Assembly (NCBI GenBank): GCA_903871905.1
Contig: CAIQIV010000586.1
Coordinates: 1-49,961 of the forward strand
Origin: an uncultured Chloroflexota bacterium
GTDB lineage: Bacteria > Chloroflexota > Anaerolineae > Anaerolineales > UBA4823
DNA length: 49,961 nt
Direction of reading: 5' to 3'
Shown here: in pieces, positions 7,836 to 19,057 of the stretch
Numbering within the stretch: the first letter of the stretch is position 1
Layout: the number at the start of each line of letters is the position of its first letter
Notes under the pieces: generated by a model
Databases searched by the model: none
What the model was told of the DNA's origin: nothing
The model's input: the letters and a program-made list of their open reading frames with translations, nothing else
Translations under genes and position numbers: made by a program

Positions 7836-10433
7836 CTATTCTTCCAGGATCTCAGCCTGGAGGACTGTGGTGAACTCCAGCCCTTGCGGGCTGCGATCGA
7901 CACGGATGGTGTCGCCCTGCCTGAACTCGCTGGATAGGATACGCATGGCCAGTGGATCCTGCAGTTCGCGTTGGATGGTTCGTTTCAGCGGCCGTGCACC
8001 AAAATCGGGGTCAAACCCCTCGTCTGCCAGGTACTCACGGGCTGCTTCACTGACTTCCAGCTTGAAACCGCGACCAGAAACCAGGGCACTCAGGTGTTTT
8101 AGCTGGATGTCCACGATCTGCGCCAGGTGGATGCGGGTCAGGCTGTGGAAGATCACGACCTCGTCGATGCGGTTGAGAAACTCTGGCCGGAAGTGTGCCT
8201 GCAGGATGCGGGTGACCTGGTCGCGGCCCGGGGCGTTGTCAGTATGGGAACCCATCCACAACTCATTGCCCAGGTTGCTGGTCATGATCACCAGGGTGTT
8301 GCGGAAATCGACGGTGCGCCCCTGCCCATCTGTCAGGCGCCCATCATCCAGAAGTTGCAGCAGCACATTGAATACTTCGGCATGGGCTTTCTCAATTTCG
8401 TCGAACAGCACCACGCTGTAGGGTTTGCGGCGCACCGCTTCGGTGAGCTGCCCGCCTTCCTCATAGCCGACGTAGCCAGGAGGGGCGCCGACCAGGCGGG
8501 ATACGGTGTGCTTCTCCTGGTACTCGCTCATGTCGATGCGTACCATAGCGTGCTCATCGTCAAAGAGAAATTCAGCCAGGGCGCGGGCAAGCTCTGTTTT
8601 CCCTACACCGGTTGGCCCCAGGAAAATGAACGAGCCGATCGGGCGATTGGGGTCTTGCAGCCCAGACCTGGCGCGGCGTACCGCGTTTGATACCACCCGA
8701 AGCGCCTCTTCCTGGCCTACAACCCGCTCATGTAGCCGCTCTTCCATGTGAATCAGCTTTTCCGTCTCGCCTTCCATCAGGCGGCTGACCGGGATGCCAG
8801 TCCAACGGCCTACGATATGGGCGATCTCCTCTGCGTCGACCTCTTCCTTCAACAGCGCTCCCTGCTGTTGGATCAGTTTCAGGTGTTTTTCACCTTCTAG
8901 CAGCTTATTTTCCAGGTCCCTTAGCACCCCATAACGCAGGCGAGCGACGGTTTCCAGCTGGTTCTGGCGTTCGGCGCGCTCCATTTCCAGGCGGGTCTGC
9001 TCAATTTGTTCCTTCAAGCCTTGCAGTTTAGTGATGGCATCCTTCTCGGACTGCCAGCGCGCATTAACCTGGCTTTGCTTTTCCTTGAGGTCAGCCAGTT
9101 CGCGTTCCAGTTTTTCCATCCGTTCGCGCGATGCAGCGTCCTTTTCCTTGCCCAGAGCCTGGCGTTCAATCTCCAGTTGCAGGATTTGCCGGTCGATCTC
9201 ATCCAGGGCCTGTGGTTTCGAGTCAATCTCGGTTCGCAGGCGGGCGGCTGCCTCGTCGATCAGATCAATGGCCTTGTCGGGCAGGTGGCGGTCGGAGATA
9301 TAGCGGTTGGACAGCACTGCTGCAGCGATCACCGCTCCGTCAGTGATGCGGACGCCATGATGTACTTCATACCGCTCTTTCAAACCTCGCAGGATGCTGA
9401 TCGTCTCCTCTGGGCTGGGCTCATCCACCATGACAGGCTGGAAGCGTCTCTCCAGAGCAGGATCCTTTTCCACGTGTTTTCGGTACTCGTTGGTGGTGGT
9501 GGCGCCGATCATGTGCAGTTCGCCGCGTGCCAGAAGAGGTTTTAGCATATTGCCAGCATCCATAGCGCCTTCGGCAGCTCCCGCGCCGACCACGGTATGC
9601 ATTTCGTCGACGAATAAGATGACCTGGCCTGAGGCTTCGGTGATCTCTTTTAGGACAGCTTTTAACCGCTCCTCAAACTCGCCGCGATACTTGGCCCCGG
9701 CAACCAGGGCGCCCATGTCCAGCTGGATCAGGCGCTTGTTCTTGAGGCCTTCCGGGACATCCCCGTTGACCATGCGCTGTGCCAGGCCTTCTACAATAGC
9801 GGTTTTCCCGACCCCCGGATCCCCGATTAGCGCCGGGTTGTTTTTTGTTCGCCGGGAGAGGATCTGCACCACCCGGCGGATTTCTTCGTCCCGCCCGATC
9901 ACCGGGTCTACCTTCCCCTGGCGGGCCTGGGCGGTCAGGTCGCGACCGTATTTCTCGAGTGCCTGGTATGTTCCCTCAGGATTCTGAGTGGACACCCGCT
10001 GCGCGCCGCGCACACTGACCAACGCTTTGAGAATCGCATCTTTGGTCAGCCCGAACTGGCCCAGGCGTTTGCTCTCACTGCTTTCGGAAAGGCCCAGAAG
10101 CAGATGCTCAGTCGAGATATATTCGTCCTGCATTCCCTTTGCATAGCGTTCGGCCGCTTCCAGTACTTCCATGGCTGGACGAGAGATCCCAACCTCGGTG
10201 CTGGCGCCATATACCCGCGACCGGTTGCCAAGGTCCTGGGTGATCTCTTCACGCAAACCAGTGGCGCTCCCGGAAATCCTGGTGACCAGGGCCGGAACAA
10301 CGCCATCCTCCTGCATCAGCAGCGCCAGGAGCAGGTGAGCCGGCTCGATTGCCTGGTGGCTGTACTCCCGCGCCAGACGCTGGGCTGCAAAGATGGCTTC
10401 TTGAGATTTTTGTGTGTATTTATCAAGATTCAT
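7836..10433 (-). CDS. clpB: ATP-dependent chaperone/disaggregase ClpB
   Basis: 865 aa. Clp N-domain, two AAA+ modules (Walker A GDPGVGKT and GPTGVGKT) and a long coiled-coil middle domain between them. Confidence 0.97.
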   Translation of the reverse strand: MNLDKYTQKSQEAIFAAQRLAREYSHQAIEPAHLLLALLMQEDGVVPALVTRISGSATGLREEITQDLGNRSRVYGASTEVGISRPAMEVLEAAERYAKGMQDEYISTEHLLLGLSESSESKRLGQFGLTKDAILKALVSVRGAQRVSTQNPEGTYQALEKYGRDLTAQARQGKVDPVIGRDEEIRRVVQILSRRTKNNPALIGDPGVGKTAIVEGLAQRMVNGDVPEGLKNKRLIQLDMGALVAGAKYRGEFEERLKAVLKEITEASGQVILFVDEMHTVVGAGAAEGAMDAGNMLKPLLARGELHMIGATTTNEYRKHVEKDPALERRFQPVMVDEPSPEETISILRGLKERYEVHHGVRITDGAVIAAAVLSNRYISDRHLPDKAIDLIDEAAARLRTEIDSKPQALDEIDRQILQLEIERQALGKEKDAASRERMEKLERELADLKEKQSQVNARWQSEKDAITKLQGLKEQIEQTRLEMERAERQNQLETVARLRYGVLRDLENKLLEGEKHLKLIQQQGALLKEEVDAEEIAHIVGRWTGIPVSRLMEGETEKLIHMEERLHERVVGQEEALRVVSNAVRRARSGLQDPNRPIGSFIFLGPTGVGKTELARALAEFLFDDEHAMVRIDMSEYQEKHTVSRLVGAPPGYVGYEEGGQLTEAVRRKPYSVVLFDEIEKAHAEVFNVLLQLLDDGRLTDGQGRTVDFRNTLVIMTSNLGNELWMGSHTDNAPGRDQVTRILQAHFRPEFLNRIDEVVIFHSLTRIHLAQIVDIQLKHLSALVSGRGFKLEVSEAAREYLADEGFDPDFGARPLKRTIQRELQDPLAMRILSSEFRQGDTIRVDRSPQGLEFTTVLQAEILEE

Positions 10434-10476
10434 GATTCCAGTTTCCTTCTACCAATAAATTTTTACTATTCAATTG

Positions 10477-10884
10477 TTATCCCTGACCCGCCGGCTTAAC
10501 CAGGATGGCGAGGGTGGCTGGCTCTGCTTTTCTGAACCTGCTGATGATATCAAAGGCACGCTTCAGCCAGCCGTATTTCTGAACCAGCAGGGTGTTGATC
10601 CTGGCTGCCTGGGCTTCGCTCACCAGTCGCGCTTCGGCTGCTACCCAATTCCCTTTCAAGCCTCCCCGGCTGTCGCAAGGGGCAATGCGCACCTGGGGGT
10701 TATTGCGGATTCGCTTGACCTTTCCGGAATGTGCTTCCGTGCGCACATAGATAATGCCAATCTCTTCGACAAACCACACCGGTGTGAGCACCGCTACCCC
10801 GCTCTTCCGCAAGGTCTCAAGGTTCAGGTAATCCTGGCCAGAGAAAGGTCCCAGGGGGGATGATTCAGAAGCATTGGCCATCAT
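10477..10884 (-). CDS. PPOX-class (pyridoxamine 5'-phosphate oxidase-like, probably F420-dependent) oxidoreductase family protein
   Basis: Split-barrel PPOX pattern (LETLRKSGVAVLTPVWF..IYVRTEAHSGKVKRIRNNPQVRIAPCD). Start moved to ATG 10884, which has AGGAG upstream. Confidence 0.7.
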   Translation of the reverse strand: MMANASESSPLGPFSGQDYLNLETLRKSGVAVLTPVWFVEEIGIIYVRTEAHSGKVKRIRNNPQVRIAPCDSRGGLKGNWVAAEARLVSEAQAARINTLLVQKYGWLKRAFDIISRFRKAEPATLAILVKPAGQG

Positions 10885-11036
10885 GACAGATCTCCTGTGA
10901 AAAATATAATAGTCAATCCGAGTGTATCCGTGAATTGTTGGAATCATATCAACAAACGGTTAACAGGGCGATAGATGTATCTGGGTCTGCTTGATTCAGG
11001 ATATACTTGGATGGAAACGGTCCTATTGAGAGAAAG

Positions 11037-11840
11037 ATGGCGCGAGTTCAAAGGGAATCCATGGATTTGAATACGGGCAAATTCCAGGTGTACAGGTTTG
11101 GATTGGTCCCTTACCTGGACAGCTGGCAGCTTCAGGATCGCCTTGCAGCAGAGCTTGGCCAGGGGGAACGACCTGCGGCGCTGCTGTTATTGGAACACCC
11201 GCATACATTTACTTTCGGCAGGCGAGGCAGTGTGAAAAACCTGCTTTGGAACCAGGCAGAGTTGGAGAAGCGTGGGGTCAGCCTGTATTGGGTGGATCGA
11301 GGCGGCGACGTCACCTACCACGGCCCTGGCCAGCTCGTCGGGTATCCCATCATATCCCTGGTCCGTGAGGGTATTATACTGCCGGTTGGAAATGAGAAGA
11401 AACAACCGCAGGTGGATTACATTGGCTACCTGAGGCGCCTGGAACAGGTTCTGATCCAGGTCTGTGAGCGATTTGGAGTCCAGGGGCAGCGGCTGGATGG
11501 TATGACGGGGATATGGGTTGAGAATAAAAAAAGCACCGTTGAACAGCCGGTACAAATGCGTTATTCCAAACTGGCCGCCATTGGGGTAAAGGTTGATGCC
11601 AGGGGGGTGACGCGCCATGGATTTGCATTGAATGTTAACCCGGTGATGGAGTATTGGCAGGGAATTGTTGCCTGTGGATTAGCTGGCTATACAGTGACCA
11701 GCCTGGCAGAACAGTGTCCTTCCACTCCAGAGTTAGAAGAAGTGATGGACGCCGTGGTTACAGCTTTTGGTAATGTTTTTGGCCTGGCCTGTGTTGAGGC
11801 GCCGGGTGAAGGCGCATTCACCCCGAATTGGCATCGGTAA
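11037..11840 (+). CDS. lipB: Lipoyl(octanoyl) transferase LipB
   Basis: Motifs HPHTFTFGRRG, DRGGDVTYHGPGQLVGYPI, KLAAIGVKV, HGFALNV and ACG. The start is ambiguous (TTG 11007, ATG 11037 or ATG 11061). Confidence 0.9.
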   Translation: MARVQRESMDLNTGKFQVYRFGLVPYLDSWQLQDRLAAELGQGERPAALLLLEHPHTFTFGRRGSVKNLLWNQAELEKRGVSLYWVDRGGDVTYHGPGQLVGYPIISLVREGIILPVGNEKKQPQVDYIGYLRRLEQVLIQVCERFGVQGQRLDGMTGIWVENKKSTVEQPVQMRYSKLAAIGVKVDARGVTRHGFALNVNPVMEYWQGIVACGLAGYTVTSLAEQCPSTPELEEVMDAVVTAFGNVFGLACVEAPGEGAFTPNWHR

Positions 11841-11847
11841 AATTGAA

Positions 11848-11926
11848 GGACCTCACACTTTAGTTAGAATGTGGAGGCCCTTTTTCACTGGGTAACCTGC
11901 AGCCAGGCAGGTTGTTCCTGGCTGCA
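11848..11926. terminator. Terminator region between convergent genes (two hairpins)
   Basis: Imperfect hairpin 11848-11879 followed by TTTTT (11881-11885). Perfect 10-bp inverted repeat TGCAGCCAGG (11898-11907) / CCTGGCTGCA (11917-11926). Confidence 0.45.
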
Positions 11927-11945
11927 AGGGCCAGGATTTTTCCGA

Positions 11946-12719
11946 TTAGCTGTGGTAGCTTGTAGAGGTGCGCTGCCCGGAAGCATTTAGGGTTCGTACA
12001 CCCTGGGCTGGCTGGTTTGATCCGCTCATGGAGAGGGAATGATATGTCGGTTCGGGCCGGGTTGAAGCTGATTCCGATTGTGCCCCAACTTTTGGCGCCG
12101 GGCTGTAGCTGCGCATCCCGGCAGCAGGCGGAGCTGCGCTTGCAGAAGACGCTCCCAGCATGCGGCCTGGGGCAGACAGGCCACCCGCTCGCGGTTGGCT
12201 GTATCCATTTGGCTTTTCACCGATGGTAAACAGGCGGTCGCCAGCAACAGAGAATGTGCCAATAATCAAAACCCGGATCAACCAGACCAGCACCGCCACG
12301 AAAATGGGTACCACCCGCAGCAGGGTGGGGCGGTCAATCACTGCATTCCCCAGTGTCTCGTGATTCAAAATTGCGATGGAAATTCCCCACCAGGTGAGCA
12401 TGGCGTTCATTGTCGCTGCCAGCAGCCAGGCGCCAAACAGGTACCAGACCTCGTTGACCTCTCCATTGGATTCCGTAGGTGTAAACAGGCGGGCGATCCC
12501 AGCAAAATCAATACAGCAGAAGGCAATAGCCAGGATAGTGGCCCATTTGATCCCGGCGAATTTAAGATCACCCAAAAGGTCCGAAAGGGCAAACACGGTA
12601 GTGCTATAATTAAAAATCTCGAAGGCAAATAATGCGGCTACAATGATTAATCCAAAAGCGAGCCCTCTTTGGATGCGGATATGGTTATTGGATGTGAAGG
12701 ATTGGCTGACACTGCCCAT
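11946..12719 (-). CDS. Hypothetical integral membrane protein with disordered Ser/Ala/Pro-rich C-terminus
   Basis: 257 aa with about 4 predicted TM helices. GGAGAT lies upstream of the ATG. No recognisable domain. Confidence 0.7.
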   Translation of the reverse strand: MGSVSQSFTSNNHIRIQRGLAFGLIIVAALFAFEIFNYSTTVFALSDLLGDLKFAGIKWATILAIAFCCIDFAGIARLFTPTESNGEVNEVWYLFGAWLLAATMNAMLTWWGISIAILNHETLGNAVIDRPTLLRVVPIFVAVLVWLIRVLIIGTFSVAGDRLFTIGEKPNGYSQPRAGGLSAPGRMLGASSASAAPPAAGMRSYSPAPKVGAQSESASTRPEPTYHSLSMSGSNQPAQGVRTLNASGQRTSTSYHS

Positions 12720-12830
12720 GGTGTATCTCCTTTTTTGGAAAGGCTCTGATCTGTTTGAGAACTTGTGTTCTATGTTGAGTGTTATTATAGACCGTATGTT
12801 CTATTTGTCAAGGGTGATTTCTAAAATTTT

Positions 12831-14441
12831 GTGATGATAGCGGCTAATTCCCTGAATCATATTTATGTTCTCCTGGCAGAGCACCACCCGGGTGATATGC
12901 GCCTGATCCGCGAGATGTTAGTCTATGTGCCATCTGGAATCCAGAATGCCGTTCGTTTTCATCTGCTGCGGGCAAGTCGCCTGGTGCAGGCCGAGATGAT
13001 TTTGGATACACAACAGGTGAATGTTTTATTGTTGGACCATGCACTGCCTGATGGGAGCGGGGCGGAGACGGTCCGGTTCCTGGCAAAGAAATATCCCCAC
13101 CTGCCGATCCTATCATTGGTTGCAGCGGGAAGCGAAGATCTTGGGGTCGAAATGATCCGTTCAGGTGCGCAGGACTGCCTGGTCAAAGGCCGTTTTAACC
13201 AGGATGTATTACGACAGGCTATCCACTATGGGATTGAGCGCAAACGGATGACGGAAATGTTGCAGCGGCTCAATAACGAGTTGGAGTTCCGGGTCCTGGA
13301 ACGTACTCAGGAACTGGCGGATGCAAACCAGGCGCTGCAGGATGAAAAGATAATGCTTCGTTTTCATCACCAGCGGATCAAATCTCTGGCTGACCTGTCT
13401 CAGAAGTTAGCCGAAATTACTCCTGAGTATCCCGGGATTCTCGATCTGGTGACGCGGTGGACTGCGGAGCAGATGGATGGCGTGTGTGCAGTGAGCCTGA
13501 TCACAGAGGATGTGGAGTGGGTGAGCCGGGCTGTGCGGCCCTCTGCACGCACCAGCAGTGAGCTCACTGCGGATCCAGTTCTTCGATTTGAGCAGCATTA
13601 TTCGACTGCTTTGCCTTTGCAAGCTCATGGAGAGATTCTGGGAGAAATCATGGTTACCCGATCTGCGCTTTCAGGTCCTTTTTCCGAGGATGATATCCAA
13701 TTCCTGGTAGGCATTGCTGACCGGATCGCCCAATCGTTGCAAAATGCCAGGCTTTTTGCCCAGATCACCAACAGCAGGAAGAGCTTGAGTATTTTATCCA
13801 GCCGCCTGGTAGAAGTGCAGGAAAAGGAGCGGCGCGATATCGCCCGCGAGCTGCATGATGAGATTGGTCAGGAGTTGACGGGCCTGAAGTTGATGCTTAA
13901 AAGATTCTCGAGTTCCAATATTCAGCGGCAGCGGGCAGATTTTATGGAGGCAGAACAGCTGGTCAACAGCCTGCTGGGAAAGGTCCGTGAGTTGTCTTTA
14001 AATCTGAGACCGGCTATGCTTGATGACCTGGGGCTACTGCCGGCCCTGCTCTGGTTGGTCGATCGGTATTCTGCCCAGACCAGTATCGAGATTCTCTTTC
14101 GTCATTTGGGGATCGAGCACATGCGCTTTTCCCCTGGTGTTGAGACGGGTGCTTTCAGGATTATCCAGGAAGCCATGACCAATATTGCCCGTCACGCCGC
14201 TGTGAACAGGGCCAAGGTGGCGGTAAGGGCGGAAGATTCTTTATTGAGAATCTTCGTCGAAGATAATGGAAAAGGCTTTGATCCGGAAATTGTTCGGCTG
14301 ACAGGTACCAGTTCCGGCCTGACAGGGATGCAGGAACGAGCGATATCCCTGGGAGGCAGCTGCTCGATCTATTCGGCGCTAGGCAAGGGAACCCGATTGG
14401 TGGCTACACTTCCTATTAACGATGAAAAGGATTACCGATGA
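12831..14441 (+). CDS. Hybrid sensor histidine kinase: N-terminal receiver + GAF-like + HisKA_3/HATPase_c (NarX/DegS class)
   Basis: REC (VLLLDHALPDGSG), H-box IARELHDEIGQEL, N box EAMTNIARHA, G1 VEDNGKGF, G2 GLTGMQERA. Start is GTG 12831 or ATG 12834; TAAAAT lies at 12822-12827. Confidence 0.88.
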   Translation: MMIAANSLNHIYVLLAEHHPGDMRLIREMLVYVPSGIQNAVRFHLLRASRLVQAEMILDTQQVNVLLLDHALPDGSGAETVRFLAKKYPHLPILSLVAAGSEDLGVEMIRSGAQDCLVKGRFNQDVLRQAIHYGIERKRMTEMLQRLNNELEFRVLERTQELADANQALQDEKIMLRFHHQRIKSLADLSQKLAEITPEYPGILDLVTRWTAEQMDGVCAVSLITEDVEWVSRAVRPSARTSSELTADPVLRFEQHYSTALPLQAHGEILGEIMVTRSALSGPFSEDDIQFLVGIADRIAQSLQNARLFAQITNSRKSLSILSSRLVEVQEKERRDIARELHDEIGQELTGLKLMLKRFSSSNIQRQRADFMEAEQLVNSLLGKVRELSLNLRPAMLDDLGLLPALLWLVDRYSAQTSIEILFRHLGIEHMRFSPGVETGAFRIIQEAMTNIARHAAVNRAKVAVRAEDSLLRIFVEDNGKGFDPEIVRLTGTSSGLTGMQERAISLGGSCSIYSALGKGTRLVATLPINDEKDYR

Positions 14442-15082
14442 GTATTTCCATTGTTATTGCCGATGATCACCAGATCGTGCGCAAGGGAATCCGCGCTCTT
14501 CTAGAGATGGAACAGGGTTTTTGCGTGGTGGGTGAAGCCAGCGATGGCCTGTCTGCAGTACAGATGGTGGACAAATTGGAACCGGATATCCTGATCCTGG
14601 ACTTGATGATGCCGGGACTGGGGGGGCTGGAAGTTGCCCGGCAAGTGCATCACAGGAAACTCAAAACCAGGATAATTGTGCTCTCCATGCATGCTAATGA
14701 AGCGTACGTATTGGATGCGTTGCGCAATGGGGTATCAGGTTATGTGCTTAAAGACGCCAGTACGGATGATCTGGTGAGTGCCGTGATCCAGGTTGCCAGC
14801 GGGCAGCGCTTTTTGAGCGCCCCAATCTCAGAGCGCGCCATCCAGGTGTATATCCAGAAGGCCAGCGAGCAGGGAGCCGATCATTATGAAACATTGACTG
14901 AACGGGAGCGGGAAGTTCTGCACCTGGTTGCAGAAGGGCTGAGCAGTACTGAAATAGCCACCCGCCTGTCTCTCAGTTCGCGTACCGTGGAAGATCACCG
15001 CAATCATTTGATGCGCAAGCTAAACTTGCACAACCAGACAGACCTGATCCGTTTCGCTTTGCGCCGGGGGATCATCGAGTAA
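14438..15082 (+). CDS. NarL/FixJ-family response regulator (REC + LuxR HTH)
   Basis: IADDHQIV and ILILDLMMPG receiver motifs. HTH is LTEREREVLHLVAEGLSSTEIATRLSLSSRTVEDHRNHLMRKL. ATGA overlap with the kinase gene. Confidence 0.93.
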   Translation: MSISIVIADDHQIVRKGIRALLEMEQGFCVVGEASDGLSAVQMVDKLEPDILILDLMMPGLGGLEVARQVHHRKLKTRIIVLSMHANEAYVLDALRNGVSGYVLKDASTDDLVSAVIQVASGQRFLSAPISERAIQVYIQKASEQGADHYETLTEREREVLHLVAEGLSSTEIATRLSLSSRTVEDHRNHLMRKLNLHNQTDLIRFALRRGIIE

Positions 15083-15118
15083 ATCAGCATCCCTATAAAT
15101 CGATGGTTATTTCTTGGC

Positions 15119-15143
15119 CCCTGTGAGAAATCACGGGTTTTTT
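15119..15143 (+). terminator. Intrinsic terminator after the two-component pair
   Basis: CCC(T)GTGA - GAAA - TCACGGG hairpin followed by TTTTTT (15138-15143). Confidence 0.6.
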
Positions 15144-15280
15144 GCGGTCAGTTATCCGTATTCTTACGGTGGATCAGCATCAGCAATGAAGTTAAGATAG
15201 GGTTGTAATGAAATCCGGTGGATTTTGCCTGTCCGAACAGTCTGAAGCATTTCACAGGGTGAGGAGGAAGATTTATAGTC

Positions 15281-16048
15281 GTGTGCAATATGGAAGAAAA
15301 ATCAGTTAATGATCCTCATCTCTGTCTGATGGTGCAAACGGATTTTGAGCAGATGGTGAACATACTGCGGCATGATTTACAGGACACACTGCGCCTGGTG
15401 ATCAGTTATTTGCGCTTACTGGAAAATCATCGTATGCAGTTGAGCCCAAATGATCGAGAATTTCTTTCCTATGCCCTGGACAGTGCAGATCGTTGCCAGC
15501 ACCTGGTGAGTGGACTGCTGGCTTATGCCAGGGTGGCTGGCGCGCCTGTTTCCCGGACTATGGTTGACTGCCAGGAGATGATAGAACAGGTTGTGGAAGA
15601 TATGCAACTGGTGATTGAGGACACGCAGGCGGTAATCCAATACCGGGATTTGCCAGTGATTGAAGCCGATCCAGAGCAGATGGAGCTGGTTTTCCACGGA
15701 ATTATTGAAACAGCCGTGCATCACTGCCGGGATTGTCCGCCCCATGTGCAAATCAGCGGCGATCCGACTGGCGAGGGCTGGGATTTTACCATCCATATGA
15801 ATGGGCCAGAAATTGAGCCCGGGGCAGTGGATAAGTTGTTCTCGCTGTTCACGCCTGTGTCGCCGGTGGTAAAAGACCCGGGAGTAGACCTGGCGATTTG
15901 TAAAAGGGTTATCCAAAACCATGATGGAAAAATCTGGGCAGCCTCACGGAATGTGGATGGAGTCACAATTGGTTTTTCAATTCCCAGGGCAGACCGGTCC
16001 CTCAACCCTGAAGTTGTTACCCATGTTGAGAATAAGAAAGGAGAGTAA
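15281..16048 (+). CDS. Sensor-less histidine-kinase-like protein (HisKA His present, ATP-binding boxes degenerate)
   Basis: 255 aa. H-box ILRHDLQDTLRLV. The N box reads GIIETAVHH, G1 reads HMNGPE and G2 reads DPGVDL. GAGGAGG lies 13 nt upstream of GTG 15281 (alternative start ATG 15290). Confidence 0.75.
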   Translation: MCNMEEKSVNDPHLCLMVQTDFEQMVNILRHDLQDTLRLVISYLRLLENHRMQLSPNDREFLSYALDSADRCQHLVSGLLAYARVAGAPVSRTMVDCQEMIEQVVEDMQLVIEDTQAVIQYRDLPVIEADPEQMELVFHGIIETAVHHCRDCPPHVQISGDPTGEGWDFTIHMNGPEIEPGAVDKLFSLFTPVSPVVKDPGVDLAICKRVIQNHDGKIWAASRNVDGVTIGFSIPRADRSLNPEVVTHVENKKGE

Positions 16049-16051
16049 AAG

Positions 16052-18502
16052 ATGTTACGATGGTTTGATAATTTGCGTATGGGCCGGAAGCTGATATTAT
16101 CATTCTTGATTGTGGCGCTTCTGGCCGGTGGGGTGGTTGGGGGTTTGGCTTACTATAATCTGATGCAGATGCAAAACATTCTGCACGAGATCACCCTGCA
16201 GCGTGTTCCTTCGGTGAAGAATGCGACCGGGGTGGAGCGTTATGCTTTGCGCACGATTATGGACGAAAAGATGTATCTGCTGGCTGCCAACGATTCGCGC
16301 ATGAATAAAGATACTTACCAGCAGTCAGCAATGAAGAACATTGAGGAGATTGTCAAATACCTGGATGAGGTCGACAAGGTGGCCAGGGAATATAACGACC
16401 AGGACCTGCTGGGAAAATCCCAGGAAGTGCGCAAAGTCACCGAGCAGTACCGTGGGTTGTACAACCAGGGCGTTAGCAAGCTGAACGAGCAGCAGAAGAT
16501 GGCTACGGTCATGGTGGAGAATGGCGTCCAAGTTACCGACCTGGCAAAGGCGTATTTCAACGATGTGGTCGGGAAGACCGATGAGCAGTCTTTACAGGCA
16601 TTGCCCATCCTGGTCAGCATCTGGGATACCGCTCTTGAGACCCGTCTGAATCAAAACAAGTACATGCTGTATAAGGATCAGAAATACTATACTGCTCTAG
16701 AGGATGGGATCAAGAAGCTGGGCACTTTTTACCAGGACCTGGAAAAGGTTACCACGGATGCCACAGGTTTGCAGCGTATAAAGGATGCCCAACAGGCAAC
16801 AGATGATTACTATTCAGCTGCACAGGAGTGGGTCAAGGCAGATAACGAGCTGAATCAGATCCTGGAACAGATGGCGACAATAGGGACCCAGGTTCAGGAA
16901 AACGCCATGGCTGCCGAGGATGCCGGCTGGCAAGCTGCGGATCTAAGCCGCGATGCGGCTGATGCGGCTTCGAAGCGGGCGGTGACGGTCACCATTGTTG
17001 CAGTTGTGCTGGCCATCCTGGCTTCCGTTGGCTTGGGATTCTGGATCTCGCGTACCATCACCACCCCGCTAGGGATCGCGGTATCAACTGCCCAGTTGTT
17101 GAAGGAAGGCGACCTGGCCAGGGATATGACCGATGGGGAAAAAGACCGGGTGAGGCTGCGCAAGGATGAGATTGGGGACCTGGGTAAAGCTTTTGATGGT
17201 CTGATTAATTATATGCAGGGTATGGGTGAAGTGGCTTTTCAGGTAGCTCAGAACGACTTAACGGTGACGGTCAAACCGAAATCTGCAAAGGACGAGCTGG
17301 GCAATGCCTTCCTGAAAATGATCAATGGTCTGCGGGACACGGTTGCCCAGGTTGCCGCCAATGCCCGGAACCTGAACGCAGCCTCGGATCAACTGGCTAC
17401 TGCAGCCAGTCAGGCAGGGCAGGCCACCAGCCAGATTGCCACCACGGTCCAGCAGGTGGCGCGCGGCACCGCCCAGCAGTCTGAGGCGGTCACTCGGACA
17501 GCGGCTTCGGTGGAGCAGATGGGGCGGGCAATTACTGGTGTGGCCAGAGGGGCACAAGAGCAGGCTGAGTCGGTCAGCAAGGCATCGGCAATTACCTCCC
17601 AAATCACGGCTGCCATTGAGCAGGTTTCAGGCAATGCCGATGCGGTCACCCGTGATTCAGGGAGCGCAGCCCAGGCTGCACGCTCAGGGGTGAGAACAGT
17701 CGAAGATACTATCCAGGGAATGCACTCCATCAAGGACAAGGTTGGCATCTCGGCCCAGAAAGTCCAGGAGATGGGGCAGCGATCGGACCAGATTGGAGCA
17801 ATTGTCGAAACCATCGAAGATATTGCCTCGCAGACCAACCTGTTGGCGCTGAATGCAGCTATTGAGGCGGCGCGCGCTGGAGAGCATGGCAAGGGCTTCG
17901 CGGTGGTGGCAGACGAAGTCCGCAAACTGGCTGAGAGGGCTGGCGGGGCAACCAAAGAGATTGGCGCCCTGATCAAGAGCATCCAGAAAACCGTAGAGGA
18001 AGCAGTTACTGCAATGAACGAAGGGGCGCGCGAGGTGGAAGTGGGTGTTGCCAGCGCCAACCAGGCCGGCCAGGCATTGGAGGATATTTTGCAGGCGGCA
18101 GAGGCGGTCTTCCAACAGGCCAACCAGGCATCCCAGGCTTCTCAACGTATGGCTGCTGCCTCGAATGAGCTGGTTGAGGCGGTGGATTCGGTCTCGGCGG
18201 TGGTGGAAGAAAACACTGCAGCCACGGAGGAGATGGCTGCCGGCTCTAACGAGGTGACGCAGGCAATCGAAAATATTGCCAGCGTCAGCGAGGAAAACAG
18301 TGCCGCGGTGGAGCAGGTCAGCGCCAGCGCTGAAGAGATGAGCGCCCAGGTTGAAGAGGTCACTGCATCTGCTCAGGCATTGGCTGAAATGTCGGCTGTG
18401 CTGCAAGACCTGGTTTCAGCTTTCAAGCTGGACAGCAGCGAAACTGCTTTACCGGTTCAGGGGGGGAGAAAGGCCTCCGGTGCTGTAAGGAGCGGGCGGT
18501 AG
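16052..18502 (+). CDS. Methyl-accepting chemotaxis protein (two TM segments, large extracytoplasmic domain, HAMP, MA domain)
   Basis: 816 aa. Signalling hairpin [48 protein letters not shown]. Only 3 nt separate it from the upstream gene. Confidence 0.95.
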   Translation: MLRWFDNLRMGRKLILSFLIVALLAGGVVGGLAYYNLMQMQNILHEITLQRVPSVKNATGVERYALRTIMDEKMYLLAANDSRMNKDTYQQSAMKNIEEIVKYLDEVDKVAREYNDQDLLGKSQEVRKVTEQYRGLYNQGVSKLNEQQKMATVMVENGVQVTDLAKAYFNDVVGKTDEQSLQALPILVSIWDTALETRLNQNKYMLYKDQKYYTALEDGIKKLGTFYQDLEKVTTDATGLQRIKDAQQATDDYYSAAQEWVKADNELNQILEQMATIGTQVQENAMAAEDAGWQAADLSRDAADAASKRAVTVTIVAVVLAILASVGLGFWISRTITTPLGIAVSTAQLLKEGDLARDMTDGEKDRVRLRKDEIGDLGKAFDGLINYMQGMGEVAFQVAQNDLTVTVKPKSAKDELGNAFLKMINGLRDTVAQVAANARNLNAASDQLATAASQAGQATSQIATTVQQVARGTAQQSEAVTRTAASVEQMGRAITGVARGAQEQAESVSKASAITSQITAAIEQVSGNADAVTRDSGSAAQAARSGVRTVEDTIQGMHSIKDKVGISAQKVQEMGQRSDQIGAIVETIEDIASQTNLLALNAAIEAARAGEHGKGFAVVADEVRKLAERAGGATKEIGALIKSIQKTVEEAVTAMNEGAREVEVGVASANQAGQALEDILQAAEAVFQQANQASQASQRMAAASNELVEAVDSVSAVVEENTAATEEMAAGSNEVTQAIENIASVSEENSAAVEQVSASAEEMSAQVEEVTASAQALAEMSAVLQDLVSAFKLDSSETALPVQGGRKASGAVRSGR

Positions 18503-18575
18503 GTGCGCCTGCTGGCTGCTTACTTCCCTCTCGAATGGATGAATGGTGCACAAATTCTTAAGGAGATAAATAGCT

Positions 18576-19016
18576 ATGGAATACCAGGTGGTTGTTTTTG
18601 AACTGGAAAAAGAATATTTTGGGGTGGATATTGCGGTAGTTGAAGGGATTATCAAGATGCAGCCCATCACCATCATCCCCCATGCACCTTACTATATTGA
18701 GGGTGTTATTAACCTGCGCGGCTCCATTCTTCCTGTGATGGATTTGGGTAAAAGATTTGGCATGGGTGGGCGGAGTTTGGATCAAAACAGCCGGATCGTG
18801 GTGATCGCTCTGCCGGGCGCCAAGGCAGGCATGATCGTCGATGGCGTTTCCGAGGTGCTGCGCATTCCGGATGAATCCATTGAAACGACACCTCCAATGG
18901 TGACGGACGTTGATTCTGTTTATATCACTGGGATCGCCAAGGTGGATGAGCGTTTGGTCATCCTGCTGGATCCAGAAAGGATCATTGACCCGGAGAAGCA
19001 TCTGACCCAGGTATAA
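18576..19016 (+). CDS. cheW: Chemotaxis coupling protein CheW
   Basis: 146 aa. CheW pattern EYFGVDIAVVEGII...GVINLRGSILPVMDLGKRFG. AAGGAG RBS. Confidence 0.93.
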   Translation: MEYQVVVFELEKEYFGVDIAVVEGIIKMQPITIIPHAPYYIEGVINLRGSILPVMDLGKRFGMGGRSLDQNSRIVVIALPGAKAGMIVDGVSEVLRIPDESIETTPPMVTDVDSVYITGIAKVDERLVILLDPERIIDPEKHLTQV

Positions 19017-19057
19017 CTGGGATTTTTCCCGGTACTTTATACAGGCTCAACAGGCTT

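Noticed and set aside
7708-9987. Several long plus-strand ORFs (7708-8421, 8127-8690, 9006-9545, 9394-9987) antisense to clpB.
   Set aside because: ClpB is unambiguous on the minus strand. The antisense ORFs are Ser/Arg/Ala-rich shadow frames.
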